From: an uncultured virus (IMG/VR IMGVR_UViG_3300025141_013938)
Lineage: Duplodnaviria > Heunggongvirae > Uroviricota > Caudoviricetes
Length of the DNA: 64,000 nucleotides
IMG/VR virus record: IMGVR_UViG_3300025141_013938
Reading direction: 5' to 3' (one strand)
Shown one piece after another: positions 1 through 9,980 of this stretch (position 1 is its first letter; every line of letters starts with the position of its first letter). The translations under genes were made by a program, and so were the position numbers. The notes under the pieces are model-generated. The model was not told where the DNA came from and made no database searches. It saw only the letters and a list, made by a program, of their open reading frames with translations.

Positions 1-1
1 A

Positions 2-1813
2 CCATCAAGCGGAATAATTGGAGAAAATCTAACATTTTCAATTGATCATTCACAAAATGTATCTGACTTTTATGCTCCAAAAATTCTCCCAGAGATATCT
101 GGAATGGTAGGCGCGCCCCCCAAAAATCGTCTCATGCTACTTATAAAAGCAAATGATCCAAATATTAGATCAGTGGACATTTATGTCAGAGACATAAAAG
201 AGACAACTGATATCATCTCTAGTGGGTTCAAAAAATTAACAACAGTATACTTTTTACCAAATAGAAGACGTAAAAATGAAGTAATTTCTAGATCATTTAA
301 TAGAAGACAAGAAGGAAAGCTCTCTATCTTTAGATGCGTGCCAAGATCAGTAAATGGAAGATCATATGGAAATTTTACAACATTTTCTCTCATTGATAGA
401 AATTTTTTACCCTATAATGCAGCTATCTTAACAGAGACACAAGGTGATAAAATACATGTATCTGTTAAAAATATTGCTCCGGGCGTAGCTGGGATATCTC
501 TAGTCAGAAGAGATGTGACAGCCAAGCAGAGAACTTTTGATAAACTAGACATCGATCAATCTGAACTGGGTAATACATCTCTGGCGCATCTAGCAAGAGC
601 TATATATCCTAAGTCAACTAACTATGGATGTCTAGACACTACTGTTAAAAAAAATAGAACTTATGAATATAAGTGCATGCTTCATCATGCCAGTGGAGTA
701 AATACTCTCTCTAGTTCATCATCTCATGCAAAAATAATAGATCCGATGAATCTCGTAAGCACCGAGGTGTCTAATATTGAAATACTCTCTAACGCAGCAA
801 TTCCATCACAGAGCTATGGTGATATAAATTATTCACCTGTCAAGATATCATTTAATATCATATCAAGTATAATTGAGAAGGATGTAGACACTCTTCTTTC
901 AATTTTACGTGATGTAGGGCTCGAAGACTTCTTTTCAGAGGATATATCTGAAATAAGAGATCAATTTCAAAATCTACTTGCATTAGAGATTAATAGAATT
1001 GATCTAGATACTGGAAATGTGGTTTCTCTAGGTGTATTGCCAGCATCTGGAAAAATAATAGATGATGGCATAGCTAGCAATGCTCCCCCACCTGCTTCTG
1101 GGAGAATGTATCAGTATAGAATAATGCCACTGCTTATTTCTCCTCAGGCTGTAAAAGAGGAGCTTTCTCTGGCATCTACAGATGCTGTCATAACATTTTC
1201 TAGCGTAATATCACTAAAAAATCCACAATTAATAACACGTGTGAGAAATAATTTTAGGTCGAAAGCAACTCTATCACTGGTTGATAATGAAGAATATAGA
1301 AGAGATATATTCATAACAAATAAGCTCAAAAAATCTATTTCATCTTATTCTTTAGGTAGAGGAACTCTAGTTCCCTCCGTCGCTAGTCTAGCAAGTCAAT
1401 CTTCAAAGTCTGTGTTGCTAGATTATCCGACAGGAGATAGTGTTAAATTCAGCGTAGATACGGGCTACGGAGGAGTCAGTGTAATACCGCAAATGGTGAC
1501 ATATGGCGGCCACGGAGGAGCGAACATCAGGTGGAAGATATCTTCTTCTACAGCCCAGGGGTCCCCACAAAACAATATTGATTATTTTGCTGTGATTGCA
1601 AAGAAGCAGGGTGTGGGCTCTTTGGTTGGCTGCTGTCACGGAATTACAAATACTGGGTCATCATTTTCATATCTTGATTTACAAAATACAGGGTTTATTG
1701 GAAGAATAACCTATAGCGTAATTCCGGTATTTCTTGATGGAAATCTTGGAGAAGAAGTTATTGTGGGATCAATAACTCAGCTTGAGTCAAATGCAGAAAA
1801 AGATAGGAGATAG
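2..1813 (+). CDS. 5'-truncated large putative virion/baseplate-associated protein
   Basis: Frame is open from position 2 to TAG at 1813, so the ATG at 104 is probably internal. FN3-like beta segments (DTTVKKNRTYEYKC, GRMYQYRIMP). Sits in a structural cluster. Confidence 0.55.
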   Translation, partial: PSSGIIGENLTFSIDHSQNVSDFYAPKILPEISGMVGAPPKNRLMLLIKANDPNIRSVDIYVRDIKETTDIISSGFKKLTTVYFLPNRRRKNEVISRSFNRRQEGKLSIFRCVPRSVNGRSYGNFTTFSLIDRNFLPYNAAILTETQGDKIHVSVKNIAPGVAGISLVRRDVTAKQRTFDKLDIDQSELGNTSLAHLARAIYPKSTNYGCLDTTVKKNRTYEYKCMLHHASGVNTLSSSSSHAKIIDPMNLVSTEVSNIEILSNAAIPSQSYGDINYSPVKISFNIISSIIEKDVDTLLSILRDVGLEDFFSEDISEIRDQFQNLLALEINRIDLDTGNVVSLGVLPASGKIIDDGIASNAPPPASGRMYQYRIMPLLISPQAVKEELSLASTDAVITFSSVISLKNPQLITRVRNNFRSKATLSLVDNEEYRRDIFITNKLKKSISSYSLGRGTLVPSVASLASQSSKSVLLDYPTGDSVKFSVDTGYGGVSVIPQMVTYGGHGGANIRWKISSSTAQGSPQNNIDYFAVIAKKQGVGSLVGCCHGITNTGSSFSYLDLQNTGFIGRITYSVIPVFLDGNLGEEVIVGSITQLESNAEKDRR

Positions 1814-1818
1814 ATAAG

Positions 1819-4800
1819 GTGGCAATAAAGGCTAAAAATTCTCTGGGTAGTCGTTTTATGTACATCCAGCCTGTAAAAAAATCCTTGATTGCTCACGGCA
1901 CAGGTAACTCATCTGAGCTAGGGCTTCTTAACAATGCATCATTCGCTCCCAGTGAACTACTTGTAGGTGGAAATGATTTCTTAGACACAGGATACTCTTA
2001 TATAGAGTCTCATTTGAATGAAGATCTAGAAGCAGTTCTCGCAGTGAGAGGGTTTTCTCAACAGCGACCAGTCTTAATCGGTGCATTTGAATATCAGGAA
2101 CCCCTCCAATCAGATACTGTCAACGCTGCCGACGAATGTCATAATTGGAATCCTGCCGGCGGGTACGATTACTATTCTACATCAGCTGGACAGCTCATAG
2201 ACCTCCAGGGGCAGCTGAAACAGTTAAGATACTCAGAGACTCTTGTCTTCATGACTCAAGAGCTCACAGTTCATCTGCTAAGGGCACCGTCTGGAATTAT
2301 ACATGATATTCAAGCCGACGCTGATTTGCCCCCTGGGGACAGATATGTAGGAGGCCTTGTGTTGTCAGATACAGCGCCCGGTTTCGAGTCCCAGGGGGGC
2401 GATTATCTGAAAGAGTTTGATTCTCAGGTACAGCTAGCTGATGATGTTCTTAAATTTTTATCTCTACTGTACAATACGATGTATACTTTTTTGAGGGCAC
2501 TAGACATAAGATCACTGCCCGCATCTAGGCTTTCAGTTTCTGATGATATATCAATATTATATGATGCTATTGATGATGATTATAGTAATGTTAGTAAGAA
2601 GGTGTCTAGCAGATCGCTCAGCGATTATATTGTGCAAGAGCTTGATCTGCCAGACAAGTGGTACAGAAGTGCACCGGGCACATCGATCATTTTGATGCTA
2701 ATAAAAGATGTGCTCATGAAGATACTCTGTCCTATTCCGGGCAACAGGTATGATGGAGTAGACGGCTGGGATGCTCCTGACTTCACAAGTCTCGCTAACA
2801 ATGTCACAAACGGCGAGCTCTTTGGCATCGGAGGCCAAGATGTATATTCCCTCGTAAGAAAAATCAGGGCCCTTGTTCGAGTTAGAGTGGGAAGGCGTGA
2901 GACAACAGAGAGCAGTGACACTGGATTCGTCGGAGCTGATGGAGTAGATCGCGTGGGAAACTTTAGCAATAGCGGACACTCAAATCTTTCAAATGGGACT
3001 TGGTCTGAGGGTGACATGATAAACTTATCTTCAGCATGCATAGACGACGACTGGTTCCCAACAATTATATACATGCAAGAAAGAGACCTCGCAGCTCAAT
3101 TTTATTACAAGTATATTGGCAGTAGTGTAGACACTCCCCCAGACAAGGTCAGAGCAAACATTAATGATGTGTGGTCAGCAGGGGTATCTGACGTTTTCAG
3201 TGAACTTTCTACTATAACTAGTGTGCCACCATTCGCAGCTAGTAGTACAAATCCTGATTACTTGCATCGTCTTGCTTTCGTTGACGCGCGGAGACCACCA
3301 GGATCTCCTGGTTTAATTCTTAGCTTTGATATATCTCCAAGATTTTTTCCCCAGGGAGTATATCCTGGAAGAGATGGAAAATCATACCTCTTTGATGATC
3401 TTTTAACAAGAGAGATGAATGATGTGACGACATCAATAGCTATATTTACACAGAATCTGTCAGAAATGAAGACGAGACTTAAGTCACTTTTTGAGGGTCT
3501 TGTCATGCCAGTGAATCCGGGATCATCTGTAGATGATTCTTCTAGTCTTGAGAATAATATTCTTGAGGGCTCAGGGAGAGCTGCAATTGGCACAATTTAT
3601 CTCAAAAACTTGAATATAAGCATGACATCATTCTTGTACAAGTATATCCAGCCAGATTTGCACTGGACATGGGCTGGAATATTAATGATTGCTAACATGT
3701 GCTGTGAACACTCACATCTCATGTTTAAGATGATCAAGATACTAACAGCTAAGTATGGTGGGCTCATGTCTCTTGCTGATCAGTATGCTAGTGAGCTGGG
3801 AGACGCCATATATGACACGTATGGCCCTACACTTGGAGATTACAACCCTGCCAGCGACGGGGATACAAGAGAGTACTGGGAGTTTGGAGGTCGCGGAGGT
3901 GCTACAACATTTGATAACTCTAGCATGAGAAGCACAGAGCTCAGCAGCCATGATGACTGGACACCGCCACAGCTAACATATGTTCTAGAGCAGATGATCC
4001 GTCGTAATGACACGATATGTGATATATCATATGAAGCATGGAAGACAACACATGCCAGCATCGTGGGGCTTATGGGAGTAACGTGTGAGGGAACCCCTGT
4101 AGACATTAGTCATGAGCCGGGCTTTGGTGTGACTAATGACTGGCTAGGTGTGGGAGGACCGACAGGCGGCTACGATCCCGGCGGAGCGTGGATCCCAGCA
4201 TTTTTATATACATTGAGGATGATCTATAACCATACATATATGGCGCTTGTCCCTGGCGGTAGGGTGACCTCCACTGTAGAAGGGGGCTATCTGGAGAGTG
4301 ACACAAATATTTCATCGCCTGCCCCCTCTACACTTGCATGGGACGCGCGGGCCATACAGTCTCTAAGGCAGGGACTCCACTTTGCCCATTACAGCAGTGC
4401 TGAGTATGATACGTGGTATGAAGAGAATAACGGGCAACCAACAGAATATAATCCCCGCGGTCAGCTCGAGGGTTGGCATGTCTGGGATGGCCACAATGGA
4501 AAAAGTAATCATATATTACTAGTCAGAGATGAGTGGAAAGGTCACATAAAAAAGATAGGAGGATATGGTGTCTCTATTTTAAACTCATTAAGCTTTGTAG
4601 ACTCAATTATCACTAATCTAGAAAGCTCTTCAGAAGCACTAGCAACGGCACTATCTGGCACTGATCTAACAAGCAATGAATTTGATGAGGTCATTGATCG
4701 GATAAAAACAGATGAAGAATTTGGAAATCTTATGTATGCCTCTCTGACACGTGAGCAGCTGATGTTAAATTTCTCTCTCTTCGACTCCATAGCAAACACA

Positions 4801-5871
4801 AATAGAGAGTATCCATACTTACCTGCTAAGAAGGCATTAATGATGAATCAGGCAAAAAATCTTGCAACATTTGTCACTGACTTCAAGTGGCTGCAGACAA
4901 TATACTCTGGAAGAAAGAGAATACTTCCTGTCGGGATAACAGCTGGGCTAGTTGAGTATCTGAGAGACTTAGCGATATACAACACAGCTGACATCGCATA
5001 TAAGACATCAACTGTTATAAAGATAAAGGTGTGGAGGAGAAATCTTCTCGATGACACTGAGGTCCCAAGTCCAAAAGAATACATATTTGACACATCTAAG
5101 TTCATAGTTGAAGGTCTCAGAGATCCACTAACAGGAGGCGCTATGGACGCCTCCGCAGAATATGTACCAGGACAGTCCAAGTCAGACCTCTTAGATAAAA
5201 CATCTGTATATACTTACGGCTCTAGTGGGGTGGAGTCGCAAACAGTTGGAAAGGCTTATAGCTTCAGCAATACAAGCTCAGGCCTTCCAAATGATGACAA
5301 GTTTTCAAAGTATGAAGATGTCTTCATAAATGTCGTAGATGATTTTTACTGTAAGCTCTATCTCATGCTGACGTCAGGAATAGATGTCAATGAGGATATA
5401 TTTCTATTCTTAGAAAAAGAGGCACTATTCACTGGTCCAGATTTAGAGATGACACAAACATATAATGAATTATCTAGACAAGCTGGGGAGAGATTTCCAA
5501 CAAAGGATCTCACCAGTGCAATAAACTATGACAGGCTCATAGGTGAGCTAAGACGATCCATTCTTTTGAGTCCTAAAAAGTGGAGAAATAGAATAGTATA
5601 TCCAAAGATATTTGATAGGGTGATATGCCTACTAATAGATGAAGCAGAGTTTGGAGATGATATACAGGGTCAACGATCCTCGCTCCTTGCTTCGATAATG
5701 TCTAATACAGGGGACATAGACTGGGAGTCAACAAGAGAAGGAATACAGTCAGGAGAGGCATCTGCTGCACTATTAGCTGACGTAAATGTTCCAACGTACT
5801 ATCAATTTTTTACAGAGATAACCATCTTGCCTGACCCAGAGATCTTAGTTAACGGAATTACAGATTATTGA
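1819..5871 (+). CDS. 1350-aa hypothetical protein, probably structural
   Basis: Long ORF with GTG start and upstream AGGAG/AAGG; no recognisable catalytic motif. Confidence 0.5.
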   Translation: MAIKAKNSLGSRFMYIQPVKKSLIAHGTGNSSELGLLNNASFAPSELLVGGNDFLDTGYSYIESHLNEDLEAVLAVRGFSQQRPVLIGAFEYQEPLQSDTVNAADECHNWNPAGGYDYYSTSAGQLIDLQGQLKQLRYSETLVFMTQELTVHLLRAPSGIIHDIQADADLPPGDRYVGGLVLSDTAPGFESQGGDYLKEFDSQVQLADDVLKFLSLLYNTMYTFLRALDIRSLPASRLSVSDDISILYDAIDDDYSNVSKKVSSRSLSDYIVQELDLPDKWYRSAPGTSIILMLIKDVLMKILCPIPGNRYDGVDGWDAPDFTSLANNVTNGELFGIGGQDVYSLVRKIRALVRVRVGRRETTESSDTGFVGADGVDRVGNFSNSGHSNLSNGTWSEGDMINLSSACIDDDWFPTIIYMQERDLAAQFYYKYIGSSVDTPPDKVRANINDVWSAGVSDVFSELSTITSVPPFAASSTNPDYLHRLAFVDARRPPGSPGLILSFDISPRFFPQGVYPGRDGKSYLFDDLLTREMNDVTTSIAIFTQNLSEMKTRLKSLFEGLVMPVNPGSSVDDSSSLENNILEGSGRAAIGTIYLKNLNISMTSFLYKYIQPDLHWTWAGILMIANMCCEHSHLMFKMIKILTAKYGGLMSLADQYASELGDAIYDTYGPTLGDYNPASDGDTREYWEFGGRGGATTFDNSSMRSTELSSHDDWTPPQLTYVLEQMIRRNDTICDISYEAWKTTHASIVGLMGVTCEGTPVDISHEPGFGVTNDWLGVGGPTGGYDPGGAWIPAFLYTLRMIYNHTYMALVPGGRVTSTVEGGYLESDTNISSPAPSTLAWDARAIQSLRQGLHFAHYSSAEYDTWYEENNGQPTEYNPRGQLEGWHVWDGHNGKSNHILLVRDEWKGHIKKIGGYGVSILNSLSFVDSIITNLESSSEALATALSGTDLTSNEFDEVIDRIKTDEEFGNLMYASLTREQLMLNFSLFDSIANTNREYPYLPAKKALMMNQAKNLATFVTDFKWLQTIYSGRKRILPVGITAGLVEYLRDLAIYNTADIAYKTSTVIKIKVWRRNLLDDTEVPSPKEYIFDTSKFIVEGLRDPLTGGAMDASAEYVPGQSKSDLLDKTSVYTYGSSGVESQTVGKAYSFSNTSSGLPNDDKFSKYEDVFINVVDDFYCKLYLMLTSGIDVNEDIFLFLEKEALFTGPDLEMTQTYNELSRQAGERFPTKDLTSAINYDRLIGELRRSILLSPKKWRNRIVYPKIFDRVICLLIDEAEFGDDIQGQRSSLLASIMSNTGDIDWESTREGIQSGEASAALLADVNVPTYYQFFTEITILPDPEILVNGITDY

Positions 5872-5901
5872 TATGATACCTATAATCAGGAATAAATTTT
5901 T

Positions 5902-7899
5902 ATGGTAGTGCCATCACAAAGCAATGATTCACAAAATAATGAAGCAGATGCACTCGAAAGTCAGCTAAATGAGGATTTTAGTGATATTAATTTTACCAGC
6001 CTCCCGGGCACTCCTGTCACTCTTGTTAACATACCTGAGGCAAGATCTGTCAATGCAAAGTTCGTATATAACTTTTATGTAAAAGATGAAAGAACAAATG
6101 GCTCAGGCCAGATGGGTGTGATCCCACTCAATAATCCTTCTCAGGAAGAAATTCAAAGGGCAAGAGCTTCAAAGCTGCCAAGGTATATCGAGATAAACAT
6201 AGAGCCGGCTGTATATGACTCAGATGATCCACACCTCGCCGGATTTGCATCTAGTTTTAAGATATCTGAGAATATTAGCTTATTAAACTTTGAAAGGGCT
6301 GTATCTAACTCTTATTTTTCATCATTAAGACTAAAAGACGATCAGCTAGATCAAAGCTTCTATGATGCTCTTGAGAGCTCTGTTAATTTTTTTGGAGTTA
6401 ATGCTCAGACCAGTGCTCCTCAGCTAGCAAATGCACTAACAAAGCTTGGTGTGACAGGTGAGGCTGCATTTGGGCCTAAGGGGCTGCTTATTAGAGATGT
6501 ATTGTCAAATATGCAAGCCCAGGGAGTTAGGTATGCTCCTACAGACACTAGAAGAGAAATTGTTTCTGAGGCATTGAGATCAGTTCGCTATGTTGACTTT
6601 ACAATGAATATCAACAATCTTGTGATATCAAATGTTGTAAGAGGGTCCGGCGAAGACAAAACCAATATATACCAAGATGAACTTTTCTCTACATATGACC
6701 AAGCTGATAATATTCAGTCACTTGCGATTGGACTAGCAAATCCGTCGCAGATCTCTGCTGATGAATTTGAACTAACACTCAATGTCATAGACTCAGTAGC
6801 TACCACATCATGTTCAACTGAGAATGATGCTCCACTAAATGAGAAATCATTTCCAGTTGGATACTATATAGAAAAATATGAAATTGAACAGATAGATGCT
6901 GAAAAATTTAGAATAATCACACATAATCCTCTAATATCTGATGGGTATACAAGATGCAGCATCTTAGATTCAGGCGTGAAATATGGTAGCACGTATATCT
7001 ATCTTGTGAGGGTAATAGCACTCACAAGATTCCAGGCATTCAGAAGAGATGAGACTGGAAACACAGAGGACCAGGTCGTGACTACAATAGCTGCAGTTGC
7101 ATCTTCTGGTGTTAATGAGAAAGTAACATGCACAGAAAATATTCCGCCTAATCCTCCTAGAAATATTAAGTTTAAGTGGGACTATGACAATGATTGCCTC
7201 ATGTTATTTTGGGACGAGCCTCATAATTCGCAGAGAGATGTCACAAGATATCAAATTTTTAGAAGACAATCAGTAGATGTTCCGTTTACAATTGTAAAAG
7301 AATTAGACTTTGATAAATCTACATCTAGAGTTGTGCCCGCGGAAGTTGTTCCTAAGTCAAAAATACTTGAGGTAGGCGGCCCAAGAAAGTTCTTTAGAGA
7401 CATAGAGTTTAAAAAAGACTCGCAGTATATCTACTCAGTTGCCTGCCAAGATGCACATGGATTTACATCAAATTATTCTGCACAGTTTCTTGTTTCATTT
7501 AACAGGGTGAAAAATAAGGTCATAACTGAACTAGTTTCCAGATTTGGGGCACCCAAGCCCTACCCTAATCTCTACCTCGAGAGGGATCTATTTGTAGATA
7601 CTATGAGAGATTCAGGTCATTCTAGATTAAGAATATTTTTTGATCCAGAATATTATGATGTGACAAAAACAGAAACTATTTCTACATATAAGAGGGGAAA
7701 AGAGTACTTTTCACAAAGAAATGCTTCACTTAATCTGATAGCAGATAATTATAAGTTACAGATAATCAATGTCGATGATCAAATGAGTAAGGTTATCGAC
7801 ATACAGATAAACGATTTATCTGGACCACCGCTTGATGTTCCCATTAATGAGACGACAATAAATACAGCAGGTTTAGGTAACATGGTAAGCACAGAGTGA
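5902..7899 (+). CDS. Putative structural protein with fibronectin-III-like domain
   Basis: PPNPPRNIKFKWD...LFWDEP...YQIFRR...YIYSVACQDAHGFTSNYS fits an FN3-like pattern. Confidence 0.55.
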   Translation: MVVPSQSNDSQNNEADALESQLNEDFSDINFTSLPGTPVTLVNIPEARSVNAKFVYNFYVKDERTNGSGQMGVIPLNNPSQEEIQRARASKLPRYIEINIEPAVYDSDDPHLAGFASSFKISENISLLNFERAVSNSYFSSLRLKDDQLDQSFYDALESSVNFFGVNAQTSAPQLANALTKLGVTGEAAFGPKGLLIRDVLSNMQAQGVRYAPTDTRREIVSEALRSVRYVDFTMNINNLVISNVVRGSGEDKTNIYQDELFSTYDQADNIQSLAIGLANPSQISADEFELTLNVIDSVATTSCSTENDAPLNEKSFPVGYYIEKYEIEQIDAEKFRIITHNPLISDGYTRCSILDSGVKYGSTYIYLVRVIALTRFQAFRRDETGNTEDQVVTTIAAVASSGVNEKVTCTENIPPNPPRNIKFKWDYDNDCLMLFWDEPHNSQRDVTRYQIFRRQSVDVPFTIVKELDFDKSTSRVVPAEVVPKSKILEVGGPRKFFRDIEFKKDSQYIYSVACQDAHGFTSNYSAQFLVSFNRVKNKVITELVSRFGAPKPYPNLYLERDLFVDTMRDSGHSRLRIFFDPEYYDVTKTETISTYKRGKEYFSQRNASLNLIADNYKLQIINVDDQMSKVIDIQINDLSGPPLDVPINETTINTAGLGNMVSTE

Positions 7900-7957
7900 T
7901 ATTATTTACCGATAACGTTTCGGTACAGTATATTTAAAAAAAGGAGTATAACACTAC

Positions 7958-8671
7958 ATGGGATTTCTTGATCAAAGCACAAATAACATAATTTTAGATG
8001 CAGTTTTAACAGACTATGGAAGACAGTCTCTCGCAGCAAATGATGGAAGCTTCTCTATCTTTAAGTTTGCATTTTCTGATGAAGAGGTAGATTACGGAAA
8101 TATAGTCAATTTTGGAAGAACTGTTGGAAAAGAAAAAATTGAAAAAAATACTCCAATCTTGGAAGCACTAACACAGGGAAACTTGGGACAAAAGTATAGA
8201 ACACTATCTATTAATAATGATGCTCTGACTAGACTACCAACACTAACCTTGCAGTCTAATTCTAATATCACAAATTCTATTCTGTCAATAGTAGAGGGCG
8301 GAAATACAAGACAGGTCACTGTTAGTCAGACTCTAGTGTCGGGCGGAACTCTTGACCCAGACATAACTGACTACTCGTATAGAATAACACTTTCTAGTCT
8401 ATTTCTTTCAATACGGGGTAGAACACCAGATAGTGTTGATTCTGATAACATCGCAACCTATATCCTGGAAGCAGATCCTGTAATCAGCTCTGAAGGATTA
8501 TCTGGTTTGACATTCAATATATCAGCTAAGGCTGTCTCAAGTGATCTTTTTGACACCTATAAGCAAAAAGGCGGATCTATAGTTGAAAGAATCTTGACAG
8601 TCTCAGGAAATAACTCAGGTGCTTTTTTAAGCTTCCGTGTACAAATCTCTAGTGGGTCAACTTCTACCTAG
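7958..8671 (+). CDS. Putative baseplate/tail-fibre attachment protein
   Basis: N-terminal LDAVLTDYGRQSLA...FKFAFSDEEVDY resembles the LTxxGxxxLA start of myovirus tail-fibre/baseplate proteins; AAGGAG RBS. Confidence 0.55.
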   Translation: MGFLDQSTNNIILDAVLTDYGRQSLAANDGSFSIFKFAFSDEEVDYGNIVNFGRTVGKEKIEKNTPILEALTQGNLGQKYRTLSINNDALTRLPTLTLQSNSNITNSILSIVEGGNTRQVTVSQTLVSGGTLDPDITDYSYRITLSSLFLSIRGRTPDSVDSDNIATYILEADPVISSEGLSGLTFNISAKAVSSDLFDTYKQKGGSIVERILTVSGNNSGAFLSFRVQISSGSTST

Positions 8672-8688
8672 GTAGATGAGGAGAAAAA

Positions 8689-9969
8689 GTGGCATCATTT
8701 AAAGAAATAACTAGTGCAGACATAAAGACAACTAAGTCTTTTCTTAATCAGCTTGTAGATATAATTCAAGAAGATGTATCTGGGTCAAGCACCAGAAAGA
8801 CATATCAGGTTTTTGTCACTGGCGGAGTCGGTCCTGGAGTGACATCATCACTTTTTCAGACAATATACGATCAAAATTTTGACCTGCAGACAGCAAATCC
8901 TGTTTTTGATCTGACAATAGGATTATTCTCTGGAAGTAATGCAGTCACGGCATCATCGACTGGTGTAGATTCTAACGGTAAAGTTCTTTTCCCATCAAGC
9001 TCACTTATGATGAGAGAAAAGGTTGCTAACTATAGACAGTTCGCTCAGCTCCTTCTGGGAGATTCAAATGCTGCGTTTTACTCTCCTTTCTCAAAATATG
9101 TGGCTGCAACTGATCAGACTGAGGATCGCGCTGCAACAGATGTAATAGATTCTGCTATGTTCGTGTGCTTTAAGAGGCTCTTTTCTAGGGATGAGATAAA
9201 GAGAGAGACATTTGCAATGAAGTTTTTCACAAGTGCGTCACACTCTCCTTATCCAGGAGGTGCAGCAACTGATACCCAGCTTCCAAATCTTGCACAAACA
9301 TCTGAGTCCGGCTCAGCAATATTCACTGATGTAGGTTCTTCAACCAACTTAGAGAGATCATTTGGCGGTTCAGTTGGAAATATTGTCAATGCAGCAAACA
9401 CAAGTGAAAATGTCGGCCTGATGTTTTATGATCAGGGAACAGCTATATTCAATCTAAATAGAATAATTTCAGGATCACAGCATGTGAGCGGAGTTATCTC
9501 AGCAATGAATTCCCTTGGGCCGAGTGGCATACCTGTAGGTAAGACACTCATTGGATCTAGCGACCTTGGCGTGTCCTCAAATCCAAAAGCTAAATTTATT
9601 CCAGACCTGATGGTGTCAGCATCTATTGATGATATCATCAATCACCTTGCTTCATGTAGATTTAGCTCTGGATCTAATACAGCAATGACATTTCAGAATC
9701 TAACTGCTATAAACTCTACTTTAATATTCTGTAGAAAGACAGCAGATGAGTTTAACTATTCGTCTAATCCGACATACGTTGATCCTGATGATAATCGAAT
9801 TAGGGTGATTGAGGTAGGACAACAAGATGTGCAAAGAGCATTTTGTTTCGTCACGACAGTCGGTCTTTATGACGCAAGTGATAACTTACTAGCAATAGCT
9901 AAGCTATCTCGACCCGTCGAGTTCAATAATGAAAAGGACATAACAATCAGAGTAAGACTGGATTTCTAG
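8689..9969 (+). CDS. Putative baseplate/tail-associated structural protein
   Basis: C-terminal FNYSSNPTY...VGLYDASDNLLAIAKLSRPV...IRVRLDF; GAGGAG RBS. Confidence 0.55.
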   Translation: MASFKEITSADIKTTKSFLNQLVDIIQEDVSGSSTRKTYQVFVTGGVGPGVTSSLFQTIYDQNFDLQTANPVFDLTIGLFSGSNAVTASSTGVDSNGKVLFPSSSLMMREKVANYRQFAQLLLGDSNAAFYSPFSKYVAATDQTEDRAATDVIDSAMFVCFKRLFSRDEIKRETFAMKFFTSASHSPYPGGAATDTQLPNLAQTSESGSAIFTDVGSSTNLERSFGGSVGNIVNAANTSENVGLMFYDQGTAIFNLNRIISGSQHVSGVISAMNSLGPSGIPVGKTLIGSSDLGVSSNPKAKFIPDLMVSASIDDIINHLASCRFSSGSNTAMTFQNLTAINSTLIFCRKTADEFNYSSNPTYVDPDDNRIRVIEVGQQDVQRAFCFVTTVGLYDASDNLLAIAKLSRPVEFNNEKDITIRVRLDF

Positions 9970-9980
9970 GGGGCTTCTCA

